A program made the position numbers and the translations under genes. The notes under the pieces are model-generated. The model searched no databases. It was not told the origin of the DNA and saw only the letters and a program-made list of their open reading frames with translations. From NCBI RefSeq assembly GCF_009914755.1, contig NC_060927.1: 64,000 bases of DNA; one strand, written 5' to 3'. Positions 28,413 to 41,419 of the stretch are shown piece after piece. The stretch is from the human T2T-CHM13v2.0 reference genome, Homo sapiens. Every line of letters starts with the position of its first letter. Position 1 is the stretch's first letter.

Positions 28413-29097
28413 TCTTATAATTCTTTAGCATGTTTACATCGTTTGTCTCCCTAACCAGATGGTGAACTTTCTGAGTGGCATATATTTTATTTTTGTAAGT
28501 GTATATGTAAATACAGTTAGGTAAAGACTACGGCACAAAGTAAATATTCACTGTAGTTGCTGTTTCTGGATATGCTAAGCAAAATTTCACTCTTCCATCT
28601 TTTAGCAAACCCTCCTCATTTAAAGGGGTAATCCACCTTATCTGGCACTATTTTGTCTTTTTAGGGATAAAAGTTTGACTTCCTATTACTATCTAACTGT
28701 TTTTAGTATAATATCACTTGACACGTTTTAAAAAGACACTCCCTAGCATAAAATAAGGCAAACAGAAAAGACAGGCTAATCAAATTCAATTAAATTCAAT
28801 TCAATAAGAAATTGTTAAAATGCCTCTCGATTTCACAGTATTCTATGGTGCATTAGTGAAGATGCAAATGAGAAACCAAGAAACTTGACCTGCAGCTGTT
28901 GAAGATGTCTTTGGGGTTATCAAACATGTTATGGAGAATATTTTCCTAAAAATAGAAACGTTTATACAAATCTTTATCTTTTCTCTATCACTACCTAACA
29001 TATTAATTTTATATCCATGTTTCTGGGTAAAAGTCACTTGAAAGTGCTAGTTTATCACATTTTCTTGGCCAGAATATGTCCATACTTGGTTATAGAA

Positions 29098-29295
29098 CAG
29101 TGGTTCTGAAGCTGTAGCCATTAAGCACAGGGCATCCTCAAGTACAGGGCTTGCTGAATCTCAGATTATCAGGCCTTGATCCAAGATTTTCTGGTGGAGC
29201 AGGCCCACGGGGGAGCCTGAAAATGTGCGTGTTTGCCATTGTGTTAAATGTGTGAATGATGTTGACGCTCCTGTTTCAGGATCACTTTGGTATGA
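29098..29295. mobile_element. MER5-type hAT DNA transposon remnant
   Basis: cagtggttctgaa...gagcctgaaaatgtgcgtgttt...ggatcactttg. Confidence 0.6.
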
Positions 29296-29339
29296 AAAAT
29301 ATAAAATGAAGAGTATCAGTAAACTATACAGAAGTCCTG

Positions 29340-29500
29340 CCTCTGTCTCTGAGCTTTCTTTTTCTCCTTTGCTAAATAAGGACAATAATGGTTGCCTCAA
29401 AGTGCTTTTGCAAGAATTCTGTATAAAATGATATGTATGAAGTGTTTTCAGAGTACAAGGAATCACTGAATACATTTTAGATATTATTATCATTATCATT
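29340..29500 (+). mobile_element. MIR fragment
   Basis: ctctgtctctgagctttctt...taaataaggacaataatggttgcctca. Confidence 0.55.
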
Positions 29501-29801
29501 GTAATTTGTATTTTCAGGAAATCATGATGAGTTGTACCAATTCCTGAATTAGTCCTAGAAATATAAACAAATAAAACAAAAATATTCCACCCAAGCTTTC
29601 ACAGTTGAGAAAGAGACATAAAAACATAAGACATAACAGGCACAGGTATATGAACTGGCTACAGTTTTGTGCAGAAGTAGCAGATATCAGCCCTACTTTG
29701 TGGGAGAGGTTAAGGCTCAACAGTTCATTGATGGAAGCAGGCACTCAGTAAAGATCTGTTTATTGAGTAAATGTGTCTTAAACAATGTATAAACCAAACA
29801 G

Positions 29802-30566
29802 TGACAGAAGCAAGTCTCAGTCGATCTAGAGGTTTATTTTGCCAAGATTGAGGACGTGCCCAAGAAAATAACACAAATCACAGAAGCATCTGTGGTCTGT
29901 GCCTTTTCCAAAAAGGGTTTGGAGGACTTCAATATTGAAAGGGGAAAGAGCAAGCAGGAGGGGAGTAAGAAGGAAAAAAAGGGGTTTAGGGGAAGGGTAG
30001 ACAATGAGACAAGTGGTTACATTCTTGTGAGAGTTTGATTAGCTCTCAGTTCATCTGTATTTTACATGAGAAAGAGAGAGTAGGGGAAAGGTAAATTATG
30101 CACTTGTCTCTCACTCAGTCAATCTACATTTTACATAAGATAACCGTGTGAACAGATGAAGTGGAGGAAGGAGTCAATTATGCACTGGTCTCAGATAGGC
30201 AGAGGGATTATTTCTAGTCTTTCTTTGTCTCATACCTGTGAAGAAAAGCTGGTAATTTGCATTGTCATGGTTAGATTTTACAGAACTATGTTTTAGGGCT
30301 AGTTTATAGGGAAGGCATGTATTCTGATAGATTATCGGACCCAGAAGGAATTTCCTTGTCAGTAATTTTGGAGAGAGACCATTTGGGGAGATACATGGCC
30401 TTCTATTATTATAAGGCTGTGACATAGGTTTGTGAAATTGTAGCTATCAGTTCATGAAAAAAAAGAAAGACTTTTTTTTTTCTTTTTTTCATTACTGAGA
30501 TCCCAAGCTTAACTTTCCCTTTGGCGCAGTGATTTTGGGATCCTGAGATTCCTATTTTCTTTCACA
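29802..30566 (-). mobile_element. ERV1 solo LTR, MER4 family
   Basis: Minus strand begins tgtgaaagaaaataggaatctcaggatcccaaaatcact...gggaaagttaagcttggga, typical of the MER4 5' end. Confidence 0.8.
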
Positions 30567-31157
30567 AAGGAGTAGAATTCATCATATGTGTTTGGGACAA
30601 AAGTAGGTGGTAGGACACTTTGAAGAAATGAATTTCATATATCTATGCAGAGTAACAGCATGTGATTGAAATAACTATGAAACTTTATGTGTGGTATAGG
30701 CATGAGAAGTAAACAGAGAGGCAGGGTTCAGTTATGTCATGAAAGAGCTTTTATTCCAGATTAAGGGTTTGAAATTTATTCTATAGGCAATAGTGAGACT
30801 TTTTTTTAATAAGCTTTCAAAAGTAAAATGAAACAATCATAATTTCATCCAACTCTGTTTTTTATCCCCTTTATGAGAGTTTTACTCAGAAATCCCTTTG
30901 GTGCCTCTGGGCAGAGCTGCATCCAAAACCACAGGTAGTTTCACTGCAGCCTTTAATCTTCTGCATAGCAAGAAAGTGAATATCTGCTACTTAGTGTGAG
31001 AAAAGATGTGCATTGCCTTCCTAAGTCTGTCAGCTCCCTAAGAGCTTACATTTACATTAAAGTTGTCATTCCATGTATAAGTTTAGTTCTGTGCAGTTTG
31101 AGGATTTGCTATTACAAAACCATGAGATCTTTTCTACCTAACTAGCTTTTACATTAA

Positions 31158-31780
31158 TGCATTAGGCAGCATTCTATGATAATCCTTAATTATCCACACC
31201 CTTGTATAAACCCTTCCCCTAGCATGTAGGAGATAATTGTGAATATGATGTGATATGATTGCCTCGAATATGATACTTTATATTACAAAATGGGTTTTGC
31301 AGTTATCACTGTGGGCCCCTTTTGAGTTCATCAAAGGGTGATTATCAAGGATGGGCCTCATACAATGAGACGAGGTCTTTAAGAAGGGGTAGAGTCAGAG
31401 AGACATTATTTTCCTGGCCTAGAAGAAAACAAATAGCTATGCTGTGAATTGTTTACGGGTGCCATGTGGCAAAGAACTGTGGGTGACCTCTAGGAGCTGA
31501 AAGCAGTCCCAGGTGATAGCTAGTGAGAACATGGGGACATCAGACATATAGTCTCAAGGAAATTAATTTACTAACAATCAGAGAGCTTGAAGAGGACCCT
31601 AACTCAGATTGAAACTATAGCCCCAGCTAACATCTTTATTTAGCCAAGTGACACTGAGCAGAGGACAAGGCTTAGCCATACCTTGATTCCTCACTCACAG
31701 AAACCCTGAGATAATAAATATGTGTTGTTTTAAGCCATTAAACTTACAGTAATGTGTTACACAGCAGTATTAGGAAACTG
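31158..31780 (+). mobile_element. MaLR LTR (MLT1E/F-like)
   Basis: gccatgtggcaaagaactgtgggtgacctctaggagctga...tgtgttgttttaagccattaaacttacagtaatgtgttacacagcag. Confidence 0.8.
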
Positions 31781-32158
31781 AGATCTAGAGAGACAGAATA
31801 TTTTTTCATGGTCACACATCTGGCAAAGACTAGCCTTGAATATTCTGATTCTAAGACCCAGCACTTGGGTTTGGGGAGAAGTCTGAAGACTAGCTTAGTA
31901 CTTAAGAGGCATTGCAAGCAAGAGCTGGTAAGTACCTGAACTAATGGATGACAATGGAATTTTTTACAAAGAAATGGTTCTGAAAGAGAAGATAACTTTC
32001 AAGTGAACTTGGTGAATGATCTGGACAGATGGAGTAAAAGCAAGCATTAAGATTATAAAATTCAGGTGCCTAAATGACTTGGATAATGAATGTTTGCTCA
32101 TTAAGAAAATGAGAGGCAGTAGGAGAAATTAATTCACACACAAATTATAATATGTTCA

Positions 32159-35100
32159 TGATATGGTTGGCTATGTCCCCACCCAAATCTCATCTTGAAT
32201 TCTAGCTCCCACAATCCCCGTATGTCATGGGAAGGACTTGGTGGGAGGTAATTGAATCATGGGGGTGTGTTTTTCCCATGCTGTTCCCATAATAGTGAAT
32301 AAGTCTCATGAGATCTGATGGCTTTATAAAGGCAGTTCCCCTGCACACGCTCTCTTTCCTGCCACCATGTAAGATGTGCCTTTGCTCCTCCTTCACCTTC
32401 CTCCATGATAGTGAGGCCTCCCCAGCCATGTGGAATTGTGAGTCCATTAACCCTCTTTTTCTTTATAAATTACTCATCTCAGGTATGTCTTTATTAGCAG
32501 CATGAGACAGACTAATACACTAATGAGACACTGCTGTAAAGTTACCCAAAAATGTGGAGGCGACTCTGAAACTGGGTAACAGGCAGAAAGATAGGGACAG
32601 TTTGGAGGTATCAGAAGAAGACAGGAAAATGTGGGAAAATTTAGACTTGCCTACAGACTTGGAGGGCTCAGAAAGCAGGAAGATGTGGGAAACTTTGGCA
32701 CTCCCTAGAGACTTCTTGAATGGCTTTGATCAAAATGCTGATAGTGATATGGACAACAAAGTTCAGCCTCAGGTGGTCTCAGAGGGAGATGAGAAACTTG
32801 TTGGGAAGTGGAGTAAAGGTCATCCTTGCCATGCAAAGAGATTGGTGGTATTTTGCCACTGCCATAGAGATCTTTGGAACAACTGAACTTCAGAGAGATA
32901 ATTTAGAGTATATGGCAGAAGAAATTTCTGAGTGGTAAAACAGTAAAGAGAAAGCAGAGCATAAAAGTAGGGGAAATTTGCAGCCTACTGATGTAGTAGA
33001 AAAGAAAACCCCATTTTCTGGGGAAACGATTCCTTATTTAATAAATGGTGCTAGGAAAACTGGCTAGCCATATGTAGAAAGCTGAAACTGGATCCCTTCC
33101 CTACACCTTATACAAAAATTAATTCAAGATGGATTAAGGACTTAAATGTTAGACCTAAAACCATAAAAACCCTAGAAGAAAACCTAGGCAGTACCATTCT
33201 GGACATAGGCATGGGCAAGGGCTTCATGTCTAAAACACGAAAAGCAATGGCAACAAAAGCCAAAATTGACAAATGGGATCTAATTAAACTAAAGAGCTTC
33301 TGCACAGCAAAAGAAACTACCATCAGAGTGAACAGGCAACCCACAGAATGGAAGAAAATTTCTGCAATCTACTCACCTGACAAAGGGCTAATATCCAGAA
33401 TCTACAATGAACTCAAACAAATTTACAAGAAAAAAACAAACAACCCCATCAAAAAGTGGGTGAAGGATATGAACAGACACTTCTCAAAAGAAGATATTTA
33501 TGCAGCAAGAAGACACATGAAAAAATGCTCATCATCACTGGCCATCAGAGAAATGCAAATCAAAACCACAATGAGATACCATCTCACACCAGTTAGAATG
33601 GCAATCATTAAAAAGTCAGGAAACAACAGGTGCTAGAGAGGATGTGGAGAAATAGGAACACTTTTACACTGTTGGTGGGACTGTAAACGAATTCAACCGT
33701 TGTGGAAGTCAGTGTGGCGATTCCTCAGGGATCTAGAACTGGAAATACCATTTGAGCCCGCCATCCCATTACTGGGTATATACCCAAAGGATTATAAATC
33801 ATGCTGCTATAAAGACACATGCACACGTATGTTTATTGTGACACTATTCACGATAGCAAAGACTTGGAACCAAGCCAAATGTCCAACAATGATAGACTGG
33901 ATTAAGAAAATGTGGCACATATACACCATAGAATACTATGCAGCCATAAAAAATGATGAGTTCATGTCCTTTGTAGGGACATGGATGAAGCTGGAAACCA
34001 TCATTCTCAGCAAACTATTGCAATGACAAAAAACCAAACACCGCATGTTCTCACTCATATGTGGGAATTGAGCAATGAGAACACTTGGACACAGGAAGGG
34101 GAACATCCACACCGGGAACTGTTGTGGGGTAGGGGAAGTGGGGAGGGATAGCATTAGGAGATATACCTAATGTTAAATGACGAGTTAATGGGTGCAGCAC
34201 ACCAACATGGCACATGTATACATATGTAACTAACCTGCATGTTGTGCACATGTACCCTAAAACTTAAAGTATAAAAAAAAAACCCCATTTTCTGGGGAGA
34301 ACTTCAAGTGGACTGCAAAAATGTGCATAAGTAATTAGGAGCCAAATGTTAATCACCAAGACAATGAGGAAAATGTCTCCAGGGCATGTCAGAGACCTTC
34401 AGGGCAACCCCTCTCATTACAGGCCCATTGTCCTAGAAGGGAAATAGGGTTTCCTGAGCCAGGTCCAGGGACTTCTTCTGTGTGCAGCCTCTGGACATGT
34501 TGCCTTGCACCCAGCTGCTTCAGCTCCAGCTGTGGCTAAAAGGGGCCAACTTACAGCTCAGGATGCTGCTTCAGAGGGTGCAAGTCCCAAGCCTTAGTGG
34601 CTTACATGCAGTGTTGAGCTTGTGGGTACAAAAACTCAAGAATTGAGATTCTGGAACCTCTGCCTAGATTTCAGAGGATGTATGGAAATGCCTGGATGTC
34701 AAAGCAGAAGTTTGCTGCAGGGGCAGGGCCCTCATGGAGAACTTCTGCTAGGGCAATGTGGAAGGATAATTGGGGTCATAACCCCCACAGAGAGTCCCGA
34801 CTGAGGCACTGCCTAGTGGAGCTGTGAGAAGAGAGCCACTGTCCTTCAGACCTGAGAATGGTAGATCCACTGACAGCTTGAAGCCTGCACCTGGAATAGC
34901 TGCAGACACTCACGCCTGCTATGAATGCAGCTGGGAGGGGGGCTGTACCCTACATATCCATCTGGGTGCAGCTGCCTAAGGCCATGGAAGCCCACTTCTT
35001 GCATCAGTGTGACCTGGATGTGGGAGCCCACCTCTTGCATCAGTGCGACCTGAATGTGAGACATAGAGTCAAAGGAGATCATTTCAGAGCTTTAAGATTT

Positions 35101-35760
35101 GGCTGTCCTGCCAGATTGTGACAATGCACAGGGCCTGTAGATCCTTCATTTTGGCCAATTTCTCCCATTTGGAACAGGTGTATTTACCCAATAACTATAC
35201 CCCCATTGTATCTAAGAAGTAACTAACTACATTTGATTTTACAGGCTCATAGGCAGAAGGGACTAGCCTTGTCTCAGATGAGACTTTAGGCTGTGGACTT
35301 TTGAGTTAATGCTGAAATGAGTTAAGACTTCAGGGGACTGTTGGGAAGGCATGATTGGTTTTGAGATGTGGGGGCAATCTGTGTCCCCATCCAAATCTTA
35401 TCTTGAATTGTAGCTCCCATAATTCTCAGGTGTTATGGGAGGGACCCAGTGGGAGGTAAATGAATCGTGGGGGAAGTTTTTCCATGCTGTTCTCGTAATA
35501 GTAAATAAGTCTCATGAGATCTGATGGTTATATAAAGGGCAATTCCCCTGCACACTCTCTCTTGCCTGCTGCCATGGAAGACATGCCTTTGCTCCTCCTG
35601 TGCTTTCTGCCATGAGGCCTCCCCAGCCTTTGCTCCTCTTTTGCTTTCTGTGAGGCCTCCCCAGCCATATGGAACTGTGAGTCCATTAAACCTCTTTTTC
35701 TTTATAAATTACTCAGCCTTGGGGGTGTCTTTATTAGTAGTGTGAGAATGGACTAATACA
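32159..35760 (+). mobile_element. Complete THE1 (THE1C/D-like) MaLR provirus, LTR-int-LTR
   Basis: 5' LTR 32159-32519 (tgatatgg...actaataca), internal region, 3' LTR ~35379-35760 with its 5' edge deleted; perfect 5-bp TSD gttca at 32154-32158 and 35761-35765. Confidence 0.93.
33025..34278 (+). mobile_element. 5'-truncated L1PA nested in THE1-int
   Basis: ORF2 C-terminal peptides (ORFs 33211..33636 and 33700..34026), 3' UTR and short A tail; 20-bp TSD aaaaccccattttctgggga at 33005-33024 and 34279-34298. Confidence 0.95.
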
Positions 35761-35787
35761 GTTCATTCTTTAAAATGTTGAGGTTAA

Positions 35788-36080
35788 GGCTGGGCATGGT
35801 GGCTCATGCCTCTAATCCCAGCCCTTTGTGGGGCTGAGGCAGGAGGATCAATTGAACCCAAGACTTGGACATCAGCCTGGACAAAATAATGAGATCCTCT
35901 CTCTACAAAAAATTTAAAAATTAGCTGGGTGTGGTGGCACATTAGTCTTAGCTGCTTGGGAGGCTGAGGTTGGAAGATCATTTGAATCTGGAAGTTTGAG
36001 TTTGCAGAGAGCCATGATAGCACCACTGCATTCTAACCTGGGTGACATAGTAAGACCTTGTCTCAAATAAAAGAGAAAAA
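35788..36080 (+). mobile_element. AluJ
   Basis: Diverged dimer (aggaggatcaattgaaccca; gagccatgatagcacc); flanked by ttgaggtt on both sides. Confidence 0.88.
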
Positions 36081-36617
36081 AGTTTGAGGTTGAAGTAATT
36101 ATACAGAATTTAAAAGGTTATGCTTATAGTAGGTTTTTGAAGTTAAGTGACTTATAATGAGGAAAGAGATTTTGAATATATAAAGATCTGCCATTCGGTA
36201 ATAAGAAATGTATAAGTTTTAGCCTTTTAAAATAGCCATTTCTCATGATGTGTACAGTATGCTTCAAACAAAACTTATCTCCACATGCGTTCCCTGCCCT
36301 GAGAATTATGCTGTGTACACCTGGTTAGGCACCAAAGCTGGACTCTGTAGTGGGTCACTGAAGTTTGCCAGGATCTAATGGTATTGCCATCATTCTATAA
36401 GCATTATTTACTTATTATATACCGTGTGTTTCAAAATGTTTGGCCATTAAGCTCGAATTGACATTAGCTATGTTTCCTTGTGTGAGTAGGTTCTTGCCAT
36501 ACATTTTAATGTCAATCAAAGATAATGCAGCTTCTAATTTTCAAGTTGGCAAAATATAGCATAATTTTACTGTAAGCTGCTTATATCGGCAGTTGGAGAA
36601 GAGTGAATTTCTGAATG

Positions 36618-36810
36618 CTGTGCTTCTCAAAAAGTGGCCTTTAGACCACTTAGATTAGAATCACCTCAGGTGGTAGTTTACAAAATGCAGATTCCTGGTT
36701 TTAAAGTAGACTTACTAAGTCAGAATTCCTGGTTGTCAGGCCTAAAAATTCCATTATTTCTCATGTATCTGTAATGTTCCTTATTATTAATAGAGTTTCA
36801 GAACCCGTGG
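36618..36810. mobile_element. MER5A-like DNA transposon remnant
   Basis: gtgcttctcaaa...attagaatcacct...aaaatgcagattcctgg...ctactaagtcagaatt. Confidence 0.7.
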
Positions 36811-37018
36811 GATTAGAGACTAATAAGCAAAGCATTAATAGGTATTTAGGAAAGAAAGGAAGGGGCTTCCTAAAGTAGTAAATTTAGAAAATGACTCTTA
36901 ACATTCTTTCTACCTTATGAGTTCTTTCTTAGAGGAGGATTCTGTAATATGGAATCAGGATGTATGTTAGCATTATTAATGTTTCTGAGAATTACAACAA
37001 TAATTGCTTTAACCTACA

Positions 37019-37346
<328 letters not shown>

Positions 37347-38655
37347 TAACCTACATCTTAGTAATAGTCTCTGGCCATATAACTCGATTTTTTTATTTCT
37401 TTATTTCTTGCTTGCTTGTTTTACTTTTTTTTGGATTAAGCTTTGTGGAAACTACTTGATAAATGGTAGATTATATTTTTATTTATTTTATTTGGTGTTG
37501 CAAAACTGGTTTTGTCCTAAGGACTCATTTAACATCAGTTGTATAAAACTTTAATTTGAATGAGTAAAATATTAACATGTAAACCAGACATTGCAAATTC
37601 TTTGAAATTAAACATAAAAGAAGAGGAAGAGATTTGTGTCCCCTGAGTTTAAAGTCCCTGCATCATGTATAAGAATGAATTTAAAATATCATTATTTAAA
37701 CTTATAGTATATGCCATAGATCTGTTATTTTTATGTTCCTTTATTTATACTTACTGCTTTGAAAGTGGCCTTGCCATTTCATCCAGAACATGCTGGGCAC
37801 TATATTAAGTGAGAAAAAAAAATTAATAGCATTTAAATGTGGGTATGTATATCTGTGTGTGCGTGCACATAACTTGAAGTTTTCTTAATGGTGTTAAACG
37901 CAGTACCTCAAGACTCAGGCAATACTAGGAGATACATAAGTCACTCTATAGAAGGAGATATAATGATTGTTCCAGGTGTATATGAGTGGTTGAGTTGAAA
38001 GAATAATCACCAGAAATCATTGAGAGTCTTTACTTTTTCATATTTATTTTAAAAATAAATTTATTAAGATATAATTGACAAAAATCAATATATAGATATT
38101 TAAATTTTGCTATTTATTAAGTTTTGACAAATGTCTGTAGTAGTGAAACCATCACCACAAGCAAGATAAAAAATGTATTTATTATCCCCAAAAGTTTATT
38201 TATATCCTTTCCAACACCTTCCCTTTGCCTTCTCTGCCCACTCTCTACCTCAGTCCCAGGAAACCATTGTTCTGCTTTATGGTACAATAGATTAGTTTGC
38301 ATTTTCTGCAATTTTACATAAAAAGAATCATAGGGTCTGTACATATCTTTCTTTTTTTTTTTTTGAGTCTCAACATAAGTATTTGAGACTCATTCATGTT
38401 GTTGCATGTACATAGTTTCTTCTCTGTTTTCTTGCTGAATAATATTCTATTGTATGGATACATACGCCACAATTAGTTACCTGTTTACCCAGTGATGGAC
38501 ATTCAGGTTGTTTATAGTTTGCAGATATTATAGTAAAGCTACTATGAACATTTGTGGGTACAATTTTGTATGGCCATTTGTCTTCATTTTTCTTAGGCAA
38601 ATGCCTAGATGCAGACTAGCTGGATTATATGGTAGCCATATATTTAATTTTTTAA

Positions 38656-39062
<407 letters not shown>

Positions 39063-40819
39063 AATATTACTATTATATTTTAGTTTTATGAATCATGCTT
39101 TAGTTTTGTATGTGAGAAATTTTTATCTAACGCAAGATCACAAAAATTATACATATACATTTTGCCATTTAGGCTTAGGTTTTGAATCTATTTTGAGTTA
39201 ATTTTTGTATTTTTAATGCCTTTGTTATTACTACCAGGTGAATTATTTTCGGGTCAGTTTCCATTGATTGATTTATTTCCTCATTGTAGACAGCATTTTC
39301 GTGCTTCTTTGAATGAATTATGGTTTTTTTATTAGGTTCCAGATGCTGTATATTTATCTTTTTATTGTTGTATATTTTCATATTGCTATAAATATTCTTA
39401 AGCTTTATTCTAGTCAAGTTATTTAGAGGTTAGTCCTTTCAGAGGTTTTTAAAAATTTATTAAGTGAGACCAGAACAGTATTTGACTAGGAATTATGTTT
39501 TTCCTGTTTATTGATGTAAAATTTTTCTGTGTATCCAGTGCCCTCAATTGTAAGGATTTTGGTTCTGGCTGATGGTAATAGGCACCATTTACGGTCCTGT
39601 TTGAACATCATATGCAATTTCCTCTAATCCTTTCAAATAGATCTTGTCCCAGCCTCAGTTTCCTTACACAGATGCACTGATTAGTTCTTAAGCGAATACT
39701 GGGGGGAGCACTATGGATGTCTGGAGTCCACTCTTTGTCCATCTCTCTTCTTCTCGGTACTCTGCTCTGCAAACTGATTTTGCCTTCCAGGCTCCCAGCT
39801 TCATCACCTTAACTCAAAGAGGCCACCAAATTCTTTTGCATGGGTTCTCCTCCATGCAACGCATCGTGTAAAATCTCTCAAGATATTAAGCAGGGACTAT
39901 TTTAGGGTTCATCTCACTTATTTTCCATCTCTAAGAGATCATTTTTCATTATGATGTTCAATTGTTTTAAAAATTATTGTTTTCAGGTGAAAACAACAAT
40001 TTGTCTCTGTTACTTCATCTAGACTAGAAGGAGTAGTCTTTGTCATTTTGTTTTGAATTGTAGAGAAATATACTTTTATTTCAATGGTAGTGTGTCTCAA
40101 CCTTTTTGCTTGTTTAAGGTTTATGAGAAATTTAAAAGATGAAAATGAATGAGAGGGAAACACATCCATACCTATTTTGACAGGCTATTTTAAATTAAAA
40201 ATCATGCGAGTTTTGAGGTTAGACATTATTTTGCTTAGTTACAGGAATTTAGTCTTGTTATGAATTCTTATACATTGTTGGAATGGAAAAGAAAATTTCG
40301 GTATGTATATCATGAGATACATAAAAACATTTTTTTAAAATTTTTACTGGCTTTTACTTAGTGTCAAGGAATTGACCAAAGAAATTGCTTCTTTTTAAAC
40401 TTGTGATTAATTAATGTTGTTAATCAACGTATTTAATTTAAGGGTTAAAGCAAGTGCATACCTTAATCTTCTAGCACTCATAAGCCCATGAGTAATCCTG
40501 ACATTATAATAACAAAAATATTCAAATTTGCTAGTTCCATAGCTCTCATCCAGTGATGGAGGGACTTAATTACTGCTCAAATTTTCTTCAGGTTATTTCC
40601 AAAAAATATTTTATGGCTTCTTCATATGTGAGGAAAATACCTTTTTCATTCTTTAACTTTGAATTTTTCATGGAAATTCACTTCATGATCCTTGTGGCAC
40701 ATAGGAGAAGGTAGCTTTTCCCATTACCTTTGGCTAATGACCTTCTTTGAATGCATAAGATATTTTACAAAATTTATGAATCATATTTTACTAAAATTAA
40801 CTCGCTAATTAATTGATTA

Positions 40820-41032
<213 letters not shown>

Positions 41033-41419
41033 ACATTAGATCCAAACAATTTTTCACAATATGATCAAATTGATGTCTTAGTGTAGCAGTATCTAAATGA
41101 GTTGGTAAATTACCTTCCATTTGTGTTGGTAATGGGAAGTTGATTGAGATAGATTATTTTACCTACATTATGTTATAGTATAGATTACAGTTGGATCATG
41201 AAGTTCAAGTGCATTCATTGTCTGCTATTTTATTTACTAGTTTGGAAATAAAATACTCTGTTTGCTGAAAGTAGTCATTATATAAAAAGTCTTCCAAGGT
41301 AATCTTCCAAGAGAATAACCAATCTTACCTTTCCGTCACATTTTTCTCTTCAATCAGTAACTCTAAATTTAAAGTGTTATTTGTATACCTCCCAAATTGA
41401 AGCCAAACCTGGGGTTAGC

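Noticed and set aside
32554-32886. 110-aa ORF with an internal repeat in THE1-int
   Set aside because: GTG start; decayed MaLR internal ORF, and the repeat is as far as I recall shared by other THE1-int copies.
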